A stretch of DNA of 64,000 nt, from NCBI GenBank assembly GCA_030390025.1, contig CM059432.1, positions 108,130,001-108,194,000 of the forward strand, given 5' to 3'. Made by a program: the position numbers and the translations under genes. This DNA comes from Squalus acanthias. Its lineage: Eukaryota. Positions 46,636 through 59,769 of this stretch are shown here, in pieces. The notes under the pieces were generated by a model, which saw only the letters and a list, made by a program, of their open reading frames with translations, searched no databases and was not told the DNA's origin. The first letter of the stretch is position 1. Each line of letters starts with the position of its first letter.

Positions 46636-47889
46636 AAGAGGCCGGGGATTGAACATGGGACCCGTCCTGGTCTGTGTGGCATCGTTACTCACTGGCTTAA
46701 CCAGCTGAGGTCACTGAGGGAGCTTTCTCTTGGGACATGAACGGTGGACTTACTTTGTATTTTTCTATCTTTTCACCCTTGCCTTCCCAAGACAAGTAAG
46801 AACCCACTGTACCAGCAGGGTGTCCTTGTGTTTTGGATTTTTAATCAATTCACTACATACTGTCACTTTGATCAAGCTTATTGCAGCCCACATCACTTCA
46901 GCACAGCTGCAATAAAGGCACCATCTGGCATCTTCCTGGGACAGGGACTACAGTAGAAATTATGCCAAGATGTAGGGAATGAGATGCACTGTAATTCCCT
47001 AAAACAATTTCTCCATATTTACTCTTATCAAAACCCCTCATAATTTTGAACACCTCTGTTAAATCTCTCCTTATACTTCTCTGCTCTAAGGAGAACAACT
47101 CCAGCTTCTTTAGTCTCTCCACATAACTGAAGTTCCTCATCCCTGGTATCATTCTGGTAAATCTCCTCTGCACCCTCTCCAAGGCCTTGACATTTTTCCT
47201 AAGTGTGGTGCCCAGAATTGGACACAATACTCCAGCTAAGGTCTAATCAGTGTTATATAAAGGTTTAGCATAACTTCCTTCCTCAAACATATAGCCTTCC
47301 AACTCAAAGGTGGGAGGGAATGCTACCACTGAGCCAAGGCACACTCTTCTGTTTTTTAATTCATTCAAGGGATGTGGGCGTCGCTGGTGAGGCCATCATT
47401 TATTGCCCATTCCTAGATGCCCTTGAGAAGGTAGTGGTGAGCCGCCTTCTTGAACCATGCAATCCATCTTGTGAAGGTACTCCCACAGTGCTGTTAGGGA
47501 GGGAGTTCCAGGAGTTTAACCCAGCGATGATGAACAAAGATATACTTCCAAGTCTGGATGGTGTGTGACTTGGAGGGGAACTTGAAGGTGGTGGTGTTCC
47601 CATGCGCCTGCTGCCCTTGTCCTTCTAGGTTGAAGGTGCTGCCGAAGAAGCCTTGGCGAGTTGCTGCAGTGCATCTTGTAGATGGTACACACTGCAGCCA
47701 CGGTGCGCCGGTGGTGGAGGGAGTGAATGTTTAAGGTGCTGGATGGGGTGCCAATCAAGCGGGTTGCTTTATGCCGGATGGTGTCGAGCTTCTTGAGTGT
47801 AGTTGGAGCTGCACTCATCCTGGCAAGTGGAGAGTATTTCATCACACTCCTGACTTGTGCCTTGCAGATGGTGGAAAGGCTTTGGGGAG

Positions 47890-50800
47890 TCTGCCCCCAG
47901 CGTGAACTGCCCCCCCAGCGTGAACTGCCCCCCCAGTGTGAACTGCCTCTCTCCAGTGTGAACAGCCCCCCCAGCGTGAACTGACCCCCCAGCGTGAACT
48001 GCCCCCCCCAGCGTGAACTGCCCCCTCAGTGTGAACTGCCCCCCAGTGTGAACTGCCCCCTAGCGTGAACTGCCCCCCCAGCGTGAACTGCCCCCCCAGC
48101 GTGAACTGCCCCCCCAGCGTGAACTGCCGCCCCCAGCGTGAACTGCCCCCCCAGCGTGAACTGCCCCCCCAGTGTGAACTGCCCCCCCAGTGTGAACTGC
48201 CTCCCAGTGTGAACTGCCCCCCCAGTGTGAACTGGCCTCCCCGCGTGTGAACTGCCCCCCCGCGTGAACTGACTCCCCAGTGTGAACTGCCCCCCCCAGT
48301 GTGAACTGCCCCCCCCCCAGCGTCAACTGCCCCCCCAGTGTGAACTGACCCCCCCCAGCATGAACTGCCCCCCCAGTGTGAACTGCCCCCCCCAGTGTGA
48401 ACTGCCCCCCAGTGTGAACTGACTCCCCAGTGTGAACTGCCCCCCCCAGTGTGAACTGCCCCCCCCAGCGTGAACTGCCCCCCCAGCGTGAACTGTCCCC
48501 CCCGTGTGAACTGACCCCCCCCAGCATGAACTGCCCCGCCAGTGTGAACTGCCCCCCAGTGTGAACTGCCCCCCCCGCGTGAACTGCCCCCCCCAGTGTG
48601 AACTGCCCCCCCAGTGTGAACTGCCCCCCCAGTGTGAACTGCCCCTCCGTGTGAACTGCCCCCCCCAGCGTGAACTGCCACCCCCCAGCGTGAACTGCCC
48701 CCCCAGCGTGAACTGCCCCCCAGCGTGAACTGCCACCCCCAGCGTGAACTGCCCCCCGAGTGTGAACTGCCCCCCCAGTGTGAACTGCCCCCCCAGTGTG
48801 AACTGCCCCCCCCGCGTGAACTGACCCCCCAGTGTGAACTGCCCCCCCCAGCGTGAACTGCCCCCCCCAGCGTGAACTGCCCCCCCAGCGTGAACTGCCC
48901 CCCCAGTGTGAACTGCCCCCCCAGTGTGAACTGCCCCCCCAGTGTGAACTGCCCCCCCAGTGTGAACTGCTCCCCCCCAGTGTGAACTGCCCCCCCCCAG
49001 TGTGAACTGCCCCTCCCCGTGTGAACTGCCCCCCCAGTGTGAACTGCCCCCCCAGTGTGAACTGCCCCCCCAGTGTGAACTGCTCCCCCCAGTGTGAACT
49101 GCTCCCCCCCAGTGTGAACTGCTCCCCCCCAGTGTGAACTGCCCCTCCCCGTGTGAACTGCTCCCCCGCAGTGTGAAGTGCCCCCCCAGTGTGAACTGCT
49201 CCCCCACAGTGTGAACTGCCCCCCCAGTGTGAACTGCTCCCCCCCAGTGTGAACTGCCCCTCCCCGTGTGAACTGCTCCCCCGCAGTGTGAAGTGCCCCC
49301 CCAGTGTGAACTGCTCCCCCCCAGCATGAACTGCCCCCCCAGCGTGAACTGCCCCCCCCAGTGTGAACTGCCCCCCAGTGTGAACTGCACCCCCAGTGTG
49401 AACTGCCCCCCCAGTGTGAACTGCCCCCCCGCGTGAACTGCCCCCCCCAGCGTGAACTGCCCCCCCAGCGTGAACTGTTCCCCCCAGCGTGAACTGCCCC
49501 CCCAGTGTGAACTGCCCCCCCCGTGTGAACTGCCCCCCCCAGTGTGAACTGCCCCCCAGTGTGAACTGCCCCCCCAGCGTGAACTGCCCCCCCAGCGTGA
49601 ACTGCCCCCCCAGTGTGAACTGCCCCCCCCAGTGTGAACTGCCCCCCCCAGTGTGAACTGTTCCCCCCAGCGTGAACTGCCCCCCCAGCGTGAACTGCCC
49701 CCCCCCAGTGTCAACTGCCCCCCCACGTGTGAACTGCCCCCCCAGTGTGAACTGCTCCCCCCCAGTGTGAACTGCTCCCCCCCAGTGTGAACTGCCCCCC
49801 CAGTGTGAACTGCCCCCCCCAGTGTGAACTGCTCCCCCCCCAGTGTGAACTGCCCCCCCAGTGTGAACTGCACCCCCAGTGTGAACTGCTCCCCCCCAGT
49901 GTGAACTGGCCCCCCAGTGTGAACTGCCCCCCCCAGTGTGAACTGCTCCCCCCCCCAGTGTGAACTGCTCCCCCCCAGTGTGAACTGCCCCCCCAGTGTG
50001 AACTGCCCCCCCAGCGTGAACTGCTCCCCCTCCAGTGTGAACTGCCCCCCCGTGTGAACTGCCCCCCCAGTATGAACTGCCCCCCAGCGTGAACTGCACC
50101 CCCCCGCGTGAACTGCCCCCCCAGCGTGAACTGCCCCCCAGCGTGAACTGCCCCCCCAGTGTGATCTGCCCCCCCAGCGTGAACTGCCCCCCCGCGTGAA
50201 CTGCCCCCAGTGTGAACTGCCCCCCCAGCGTGAACTGCCCCCAGTGTGAACTGCCCCCCCAGTGTGAACTGCCCCCCAGTGTGAACTGTCCCCCCAGTGT
50301 GAACTGCTCCCCCCCCAGTGTGAACTGCCCCCCCGCGTGAACTGCCCCCAGTGTGAACTGCCCCCCAGTGTGAACTGCCCCCAGTGTGAACTGCCCCCCC
50401 AGTGTGAACTGCTCCCAGTGTGAACTGCCCCCAGTGTGAACTGCCCCCCCAGTGTGAACTGACCCCAGTGTGAACTGGCCCCCCCCGCGTGAACTGCCCC
50501 CCCCAGCGTGAACTGACCCCCCCCAGTGTGAACTGCCCCCCCCCAGCGTGAACTGCTCCCCCCCAGCGTGAACTGCCCCCCCAGCGTGAACTGCTCCCCC
50601 CCAGCGTGAACTGCTCCCCCCCAGCGTGAACTGCTCCCCCCCCAGCGTGAACTGCACCCCCCCAGCGTGAACTGCCCCCCCCAGCGTGAACTGCCCCCCC
50701 CAGCGTGAACTGCCCCCCCAGCGTGAACTGCCCCCCCCAGCGTGAACTGCCCCCCCGTGTGAACTGCCCCCCCCAGTGTGAACTGCCCCCCCAGTGTGAA

Positions 50801-52430
50801 CTGCTCCCCCCCCAGTGTGAACTGCTCCCCCCCAGTGTTAACTGCCCCCCCAGTGTGAACTGCCCCCCCAGCGTGAACTGCTCCCCCCCCAGTGTGAACT
50901 GCCCCCCCGCGTGAACTGCCCCCCCAGTGTGAACTGCCCCCCCAGCGTGAACTGCCCCCCCCCGCGTGAACTGCCCCCCCCACAGTTAACTGCCCCCCCA
51001 GTGTGAACTGCCCCCCCCCCCGCGTGAACTGCCCCCCCAGTGTGAACTGCCCCCCCAGCGTGAGCTGCCCCCCCAGTGTGAACTGCCCCCCCCAGTGTGA
51101 ACTGCCCCCCCAGTGTGAACTACCCCCCCAGTGTGAACTGCCCCCCCAGTGTGAACTGCTCACCCCCCAGTGTGAACTGCCCCCAGTGTGAACTGCCCCC
51201 CCAGTGTGAACTGCCCCCCAGCGTGAACTGCCCCCCCAGTGTGAACTGCCCCCCCAGTGTGATCTGCCCCCCCAACCTGAACTGCCCCCCCCCCGCGTGA
51301 ACTGCCCCCAGTGTGAACTGCCCCCCCCCCGCGTGAACTGCCCCCAGTGTGAACTGCCCCCCCAGTGTGAACTGCTCCCCCCCAGTGTGAACTGCTCCCC
51401 CCCAGTGTGAACTGCCCCCCCAGTGTGAACTGCCCCCCCGCGTGAACTGCCCCCCCAGCGTGAACTGCCCCCCAGCGTGAGCTGCCCCTCCGCGTGAACT
51501 GCCCCCCCAGCGTGAACTGCCCGCCCCAGCATGAACTGCCCCCCCAGTGTGATCTGCCCCCCCAGCGTGAACTGACCCCCGCGCGAACTGCCCCCAGTGT
51601 GAACTGCCCCCCCCGCGTGAACTGCCCCCCCCGCGTGAACTGCCCCCAGTGTGAACTGTCCCCCCAGCGTGAACTGCCCCCCCCCCGCGTGAACAGCCCC
51701 CAGTGTGAACTGCCCCCCCAGTGTGAACTACCCCCCCAGTGTGAACTGCCCCCCCCAGTGTGAACTGCTCACCCCCCATTGTGAACTGACCCCCCAGTGT
51801 GAACTGCCCCCCGTGTGAACTGCCCCCCCCGCGTGAACTGCTCCCCCCTTCGTGAACTGACCCCCCCAGCGTGAACTGCCCCCCCCAGCGTGAACTGCTC
51901 TCCCCCCAGCGTGAACTGCTCCCCCCCAGCTTGAACTGCTCCCCCCCAGCGTGAACTGCCCCCCCCAGCGTGAACTGCCCCCCAGCGTGAACTGCTCCCC
52001 CCCAGCGTGAACTGCTCCCCCCCCAGCGTGAACTGCTCCCCCCCAGCATGAACTGCTCCCCCCCAGCATGAACTGCCCCCCCCCCAGCGTGAACTGCCCC
52101 CCCAGCGTGAACTGCCCCCCAGCGTGAACTGCTCCCCCCCAGCGTGAACTGCCCCCCCCCAGCGTGAACTGCCCCCCCCAGCGTGAACTGCCCCCCCAGC
52201 GTGAACTGCCCCCCCAGCATGAACTGCCCCCCCAGCGTGAACTGCACCCCCAGCGTGAACTGCCCCCCCCAGCGTGAACTGCCCCCCCAGTGTGAACTGC
52301 CCCCCCAGCGTGAACTGCTCCCCCCCAGCGTGAACTGCCCCCCCAGCATGAACTGCCCCCCCAGCGTGAACTGCTCCCCCCCAGCGTGAACTGCTCCCCC
52401 CAGCATGAACTGCCCCCCCAGCGTGACCTG
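47890..52430. repeat. ~4.5 kb minisatellite, unit CAG(T/C)GTGAACTG plus a variable C tract (~17-23 bp)
   Basis: Directly visible; roughly 230 units estimated from length. Confidence 0.98.
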
Positions 52431-52451
52431 CATCCCTGTGTGAACCATGTC
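52428..52451 (-). other. Candidate 24-nt microexon at the minisatellite edge
   Basis: Strong acceptor TTTTCTTTCATTTTCTCCTGCAG; weak donor CAG|GTCACG. Confidence 0.35.
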
Positions 52452-54789
52452 CTGCAGGAGAAAATGAAAGAAAACTGGACCAAGTGACGTACAAAATCAA
52501 GCAACTATCTGGCAAAGGGAGGAAATTTAAGAGTAATTCCTCACTCTCACACCCACAAAAGAGAAACTGTGCTTGAAGCGATAGAGCTACAATAATGTAG
52601 TCCTAGTTCACTGATCCTACCTCCGCGAGTGTGGTTCCTTGCTGCAAATGCGGAATCAGCTCGATTATTCTTATTTTAGCCCTTTCTAAAATTATTGTAT
52701 TTATATTCAACAGAAGTAGACCTAATAATGCAATGTTAATGCTGTGAGATAGTACCAGTTGAAATCTGTGCATATTGAGCGATCTCTACTGATTGATGTA
52801 TTGTCTTGGAACCAATTTTCAGTGTAAAATATCATACTCTTTGAATACTTCATTGTTATTGAAGATAAAGATGGAAATGTTTACAACGAATAAAATCACA
52901 TATAGCCTGTTTCTGGAGATGACCCCCTGGGATCCCTCGCTTCGATCGCGCCCTCCTGGTTTTAAGCTCTTGGGGTTATAAGTAAAAATAACTTGCGTTT
53001 ATGTGGCATTTTTAATACTAAGAACATCCCAAGGTGCTTCAGAGATGGCACAAGGAAAATAGACATCAAGCCAGGAAGAAAGGAAGAAGAGAAACTTGTA
53101 TTTATTTAGTGCTTTTCATGACCTCAGGACGCCCCAACCGCTTTACAGCCAATGAAGTAGTTTAGAAGAGCAGTCACTGTTGTAATGTAGGAAACGTGGC
53201 AGCCAATTGGTGCACAGCAAGGTCCCACAAACAGCAATGTGATAATGACCAAATAATCTGTTTTAACAATGTTGGCTGAGGGATAAATATTGGCCAGGAC
53301 ATCGGGGAGAACTCCCCTGCTCTTCATCGAAATAGTGCCGTGGGATCTTTAACCTCCATGTGAGGGGGCCGTACTTGGTTTAATGTTTCATCCTAAAGAC
53401 AGTACCTCTGGCTGTGCAGCACTCCCTCAGTACTGCACTAAAGTATCAGCCTGGATTATGTGTTCAAGTCTTGGAGCAGGACTTGAACCCACAACCTCTG
53501 ACTCAGAGGTGAGAGTGTTACCACTGAGTCAAGGAAGGGAGAGATTAAGAGAGGTGACCAAAGGCTTGTTCAAAGAAGCAGGTTTTGAGATAGTTGTTAA
53601 AAGGAGGAGAGGGAGGTGGAGAGGTGTAGGAGGATATCACTCAGCTGTTCAAGAGTTGATCAGATATTTTGTTGTACAGTATTTAGTGGATCGTGGTAGG
53701 TATGTTTCATTGCCTTACATGGGGCGGTAGTCCTGCCAGTCTATGTTTTTAGTTTTATGAGGTAATATCCCCAGGGACTGCCACTGCCTACCCACAGACT
53801 CACTTACTAGGTATCCTGCCCTGGAACTGCTCAGTGACAGCTCTCTGCTTTTTATCTAGATTGCCATACGTAAATCAGGATGTGCAGATATATATTTGCT
53901 GGGGTTTTTTTCCCTCTCTTGCAACGGTTTTTATTATTACAGAAAAGCTAAAAATAATAAACCATAAAAATTATAATTAAAAAAACAAAACAAGGAAAAA
54001 GAAATGAAAGGTGGAGTTGATAATACTTAAGAGCAATCATAAATTCTTCTGAACATGGGAACATCCATAATCTATTTATCCTGTTACATACATTAAGTAC
54101 ACTTGTTAGGCTGTTGTTTACCTAATTTTCTTGATGTCTATCTTTCCAAACTGAGGGAGGAGGGTTCACAATTCCAATCCATGACGTGGCATTAAGCTGC
54201 TCTCACTAATCCTCCAGCAGGCTTATTTTTGATAATGCAGCCAAACACTTCACTGCTTTCTCCTTTCCCGAAGACAGCTGCATAGTCCCCCTTCCTTTCC
54301 CAAACATGCACAAATACACCCCGCTTTTCCAAAATGTAGGAAAGGAAAAGAAAAAAGGAAGGAAGGATGGACGAAAGGGAGGAAGGAAGGAAATGAGGGA
54401 GGGAGGGAGGAAGAACACTTTTATACTAACTTATCTCATTGTCAAAGTGTCTTAAAGCATTTAGCTATGAATTACATTTGCACTGCAGTGACTGTTGCAT
54501 CAGCTATTTTGCACCAGGAATATCCCATAAGGGTACTGATTGAGGGAGGAATGCCAGCCAGAACACCAGGTAAACTTACTGCTCTTCTTCAAGTAGAGCC
54601 ATGGGATCTTTTAGATCTCCCTGAACAAGCAAACGGCACCTTGGCTTAATGTCTCATCCAAAAGACAACAAAGCACTCCCTCAGTACTGCACTCAAGACT
54701 TTGAAGGGGGCAACCAGGAGGAAAAGAAATCATAAAATAGGTGGATGTTTTAAAAAAAACAAAAGCTGCAATTTACTTTTTTTTGCATT

Positions 54790-56095
54790 TTCGGAATGTG
54801 GAATTCTGCCGTTCACAAAATTTCACTCCAAGATTACAGGCGTGCATGGCATTTTGTCTAAAGATACAGGCAGACACCAAATTTCACACTGTAAGTACAG
54901 ACATGAATGGAATTGCACTCCAAGAATATTGGCAGGCACAGAATTTCACAATAAAACTACAGGTGTGCACAGAATTCACACTGAAGATACAGGCAGACAC
55001 AGAATTCACACTGAAGGAACAGGCAGACACAGAATTCACACTGAAGATACAGGCAGACACAGAATTCACACTGAAGGAACAGGCAGACACAGAATTCACA
55101 CTGAAGATACAGGCAGGCACAGAATTCACACTGAAGATACAGGCAGGCACAGAATTCACACTGAAGGAACAGGCAGACACAGAATTCACACTGAAGATAC
55201 AGGCAGGCACAGAATTCATACTGAAGATACAGGCAGACACAGAATTCACACTGAAGATACAGGCAGACACAGAATTCATACTGAAGATACAGGCAGACAC
55301 AGAATTCATACTGAAGATACAGGCAGACACAGAATTCATACTGAAGATACAGGCAGACACAGAATTCATACTGAAGATACAGGCAGACACAGAATTCACA
55401 CTGAAGATACAGGCAGGCACAGAATTTCACACTGAAGATACAGGCAGACACAGAATTCATACTGAAGATACAGGCAGACACAGAATTCATACTGAAGATA
55501 CAGGCAGGCACAGAATTCACACTGAAGATACAGGCAGGCACAGAATTCACACTGAAGATACAGGCAGACACAGAATTCATACTGAAGATACAGGCAGACA
55601 CAGAATTCATACTGAAGATACAGGCAGACACAGAATTCACACTGAAGGAACAGGCAGACACAGAATTCACACTGAAGATACAGGCAGGCACAGAATTCAC
55701 ACTGAAGGAACAGGCAGACACAGAATTCACACTGGAATTACAGAAAGTACAGGCATGCATGGAATTTCACTCGAAGGGTATTGGCAGACACAGAATTTCA
55801 CAGCAAAACTACAGGTGTGCACAAAAGTTCAATTCTGGCTGCAAATGACACAAAAGGATGAACAGGGTAGAGTTCCAACCAACAGTAGTCAAACTAACCA
55901 CACATGAACAGACCTGCACTAGTATCTTCCGGCAATATTCCATGCACAGCTTTACTCTTTGAGTGAAATTCTGTGCCTGCCTGTTCCTTTAGTGTGAAAT
56001 TCTGTGCACACCTGTAGTTTTATTGTGAAATTCTGTGCCTGCCAATATTCTTGGAGTACAATTCCATTCATGTCTGTACTTACAGTGTGAAATTT
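54790..56095. repeat. 30-bp minisatellite (~25 units, 54968-55733) inside a long inverted-repeat (foldback-like) structure
   Basis: Unit CACAGAATTCACACTGAAGATACAGGCAGA; 55960-56095 is the reverse complement of ~54880-55010. Confidence 0.9.
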
Positions 56096-56096
56096 A

Positions 56097-59000
56097 TGGG
56101 AACGGTAGCATAGTGGTAATGTCACTGGGCTAGTAATCCAGAGGCCCGGACTAATGATCCAGAGATGCGAGTTCAGTTATTTAAATAAATCTGGAATAAA
56201 AAGCTAGTATCAATAATGGTGATTGTCGTAAAAACCCATCTGGTTCACTAATATCCTTTAGGGAAGGAAATCTGCCGTCCTTACCTGGTCTGGCCTATAT
56301 GTAACTCCAGACCCACAGCAATGTGGTTGACTCTTAGCTGCCCTCTGAAATGGCCTAGCAAGCCACTCAGTTGTAACAAACCGCTATGAAACACAACAAT
56401 AAGAATGAAACCGGACGGACCACCCGACATCAACTTTGGCACCGGCTACGGACACGGCAACGGCAACGGCACACCCAGCCCAGCAAAGTCCTCCTCACCA
56501 ACATCTGAGGACTTGTGCCAAAATTGGGAGAGCTGTCCCACAGACTAGTCAAGCAACAGCCTGACATAGTCATACTCACGGAATCATACCTTTCAGTCAA
56601 TGTCCCAAACTCTTCTATCACCATCCCGGAGTATGCCTGTCCCACCGGCAGGACAGACCCACCAGGGGTGGTGGCACAGTGGAATACAGTCGGGAAGGAG
56701 TGGCCCTGGGAGTCCTCAAAATTGACTCTGGACCCCATGAAGTCTCATGGCTTCAGGTCAAACATTGGCAAGGAAACCTCCTGCTGATTACCACCTACCG
56801 CCCTCCCTCAGCCGATGAAGCAGTACTCCTCCATGTTGAACACCACTTGGAAGTGAGACTGAGAGTAGCAAGGGCACATAATGTACTCTGGGTGGGGGAC
56901 TTCAATGTCCATCACAAGAGTGGCTCAGTAGGACAACTACTGACTGAGCTGGCCGAATCCTGAAGGACATAGCTACCAGTCTGGGTCTGGTGAGAGAACC
57001 AATTGGTGAGGGAAAAACCTACTTGACCTCGTACTCACCAATCTATCTGTCGCAGATGCATCTGTCCATGACAGTATTGGTAGCAGTGATCACCGCACAG
57101 TCATTGTGGAGACGAAGTCCCATCTTCACACTGAGGACACCCTCCGTCCCATGCTAAATGGGATAGATTCAGAACAGATCTAGCAGCTGAAAACTGAGCA
57201 TCCATGAGGCGCTGTGGGCCATCAGCAGCAGCAGAATTGTATTACACCACAATCTGTAACCTCATGGCCCAGCATATCCCTCACTCTACCATTACAATCA
57301 AGCCAGGGGACCAACCCTGGTTCAATAAGGAGTGTAGAAGAGCATGCCAGGAGCAGCACCAGGTGTACCTAAAAATGAGGTGCCAACCTGGGGAAGCTGC
57401 AACACAGGACTACATGCATGCTAAAAAGCAGAAGCAGCATGCTATAGACAGAGCTAAGGGATCCCACAATCAACGGATCAGATCAAAGCTCTGCAGTCCT
57501 ACCACATCCAGTTGTGAATGGTGGTGGAGCATTAAACAACTAATGGGAGGAGGAGGCTCCATGAATAACCCCATCCCCAATGATGGTGGAGCCCAGCACG
57601 TGAGTGCAAAAGACAAGGCTGAAGCGTTTGCAACCATCTTCAGCCAGAAAGGCCGAGTGGATGATCCATATCGGCCTCCTCCTGAGGTCCCCACCATCAC
57701 AGAAGCCAGTCTTCAGTCAATTCAATTCACTCCACGTGATATCAAGAAATGGCTGAGCGCACTGGATACAGCAAAGGCTATGGGCCCCGACAACATCCTG
57801 GCTATCGTGCTGAAGACTTGTGCTCCAGAACTAGCCACGCCTCTAGCCATGCTGTTCTAGTACAGCTACAACACTGGCATCTATCCGACAATGTGGAAAA
57901 CTGCCCAGGTATGTCCTGTCCACAAAAAGCAGGACGAATCCAATCCGGCCAATAACTGCCCCATCAGTCGACTCTCAATCATCAGCAAAGTGATGGAAGG
58001 TGTAATCAACAGTGCTATCAAGTGGCACTTACTCACCAATAACCTGCTCACTGATGCCCAGTTTGGGTTCCACCAAGACCACTTGGCTCCCGACCTCATT
58101 ACAGCCTTGGTCCAAACATGGACAAAGGAGCTGAATTCCAGAGGTGAGGTGAGAGTGACTCCACTTGACATCAAGGCAGCATTTGACAGAGTGTGGTATC
58201 AAGGAGCCCTAGTAAAACTGAAGTCAATGGGTATCGGTGGGGGGGAAAACTCTCCACTGGCTGGAGTCATACCTAGCACAAAGGAAGATGGTAGTGGTGG
58301 TTAAAGGTCAATCATCACAGCCCCAGGACATCGCTGCAGGAGTTCCTCAGGGCAGTGTCCTAGGCCCAACCATCTTCAGCTGCTTCATCAATGACCTTCC
58401 CTCCAACATAAGGTCAGAAATGGGGATGTTCGCTGATGACTGCACAGTGTTCAGTGCCATTCGCAACTCCTCAGCTAATGAAGCAGTCCATGCCCACACG
58501 CAACAAGACCTGGATGACGTTCAGGCTTGGGCTGATAAGTGGCAGTTAACAATTGCGCCACAGAAGTGCCAGGCAATGACTATCTCCAACAAGCGAGAGT
58601 CTAACCACCGCCCCTTGACATTCAACAGCATTACCATCACCGAATCCCCCACTATCAACATCCTGGGGGTCACCATTGACCAGAAACTTAACTGGACCAG
58701 CCACATAAATACTGTGGCAACAAGAGCAGGTCAGATGCTAGGTATTCTGCGGCAAGTGTCTCACCTCTTGACTCCCCAAAGCCTTTCCACCATCTACAAG
58801 GCACAAGTAAGGAGTGTGATGGAATACTCTCCACTTGCTTGGATGAGTGCAGCTCCAACAACACTCAAGAAGCTCGACACCATCCAGGACAAAGCAGCCC
58901 ACTTGATTTGCACCCCATCCACCACCTTAAACATTCACTTCCTCCACCACCGGCGTACCGTGGCTGCAGTGTGTACCATCTACAAGATGCATTGCAGCAA

Positions 59001-59333
59001 CTCGCCAAGGCTTCTTCGGCAGCACCTCCCAAACCCACAAACTCTTCCACCGAGAAGGACAAGGGCAGCATACGCATGGGAACACAGCCACCTCCAAGTT
59101 CACCTCCAAGTCACACACCATCCTAGCCTAGAAATATATCGCCGTTCCTTCATTGTCGCTGGGTCAAAGCCCTGGAACTCCCTCCCTAACAGCACTGTGG
59201 GAATTCCTTCACCATATGAACTGCAGCGGTTCAAGAAGGCGGCTCACCACCACCTTCTCAAGGGCAACTAGGGATGGGCAATAAATGCTGGCCTTGCCAG
59301 CGATGCCCACATCCCATGAATGAATTAAAAAAA
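56097..59333 (+). mobile_element. Apparently full-length ~3.2 kb single-ORF non-LTR retrotransposon (APE and RT, probably CR1/L2 group) with a tRNA-like head; ORF disrupted
   Basis: LTNI*GLVPKLGEL..PDIVILTESY, YRPP, GDFN, SDH, LDIKAAFDRVW, GVPQGSVLGP, FADD; tail GAATGAATTAAAAAAA. Confidence 0.9.
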
Positions 59334-59769
59334 AGATCGTTAATCATCTGGTTGTTCTTTTCATGAAAATGACACATCAAATTCATGTCACAGCAGAATT
59401 GAGGTGGGAATACTGAAGTAAAAATGCAGCGTCGCCAATCTTGTCAAGAGGTGCAACTGGCCGTGGGCCTTATACTGAGCATGTCTGTATTAGCTGATAC
59501 TATTTTTTCAGTCTACAAGGAGAGATAAATTTGGTGCTTCTTTTGCTCATCGTCATCATGGCTTACGTAGGAACATAGTAATTGCTCGACAAAAACCCAA
59601 GTATGATCTAGCTCGCCTTCCACCATCGTGGTAGTCCATAATACAATGATAATGGAGTAGTTGATTAATCATAGCAATCAATCTCTATCAATTGGTCTAC
59701 AACAGATCCAGACATGACACGAGGAAAACCCCAGTGGTGGAGAGCTTTGGGAACCACAAATCCAACGTC

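Noticed and set aside
47842..52515. Very long Gly-rich minus-strand ORFs (up to 1069 aa)
   Set aside because: The repeat unit has no stop in any minus-strand frame, and variable unit length scrambles frames; this is an artefact of the minisatellite
54206..54330. Possible minus-strand exon (DYAAVFGKGESSEVFGCIIKNKPAGGL)
   Set aside because: No convincing acceptor, weak donor and no recognisable homology
54701..55907. ORFs with HTEDTGRHRI or TEFTLKIQAD repeats resembling zinc-finger linkers
   Set aside because: Translations of a 30-bp tandem repeat with no C2H2 spacing; one 31-bp unit shifts the frame
56104..56180. Functional tRNA gene (also the SINE heads at ~8200, ~38250 and elsewhere)
   Set aside because: No complete cloverleaf or acceptor stem; contiguous with retroelement bodies
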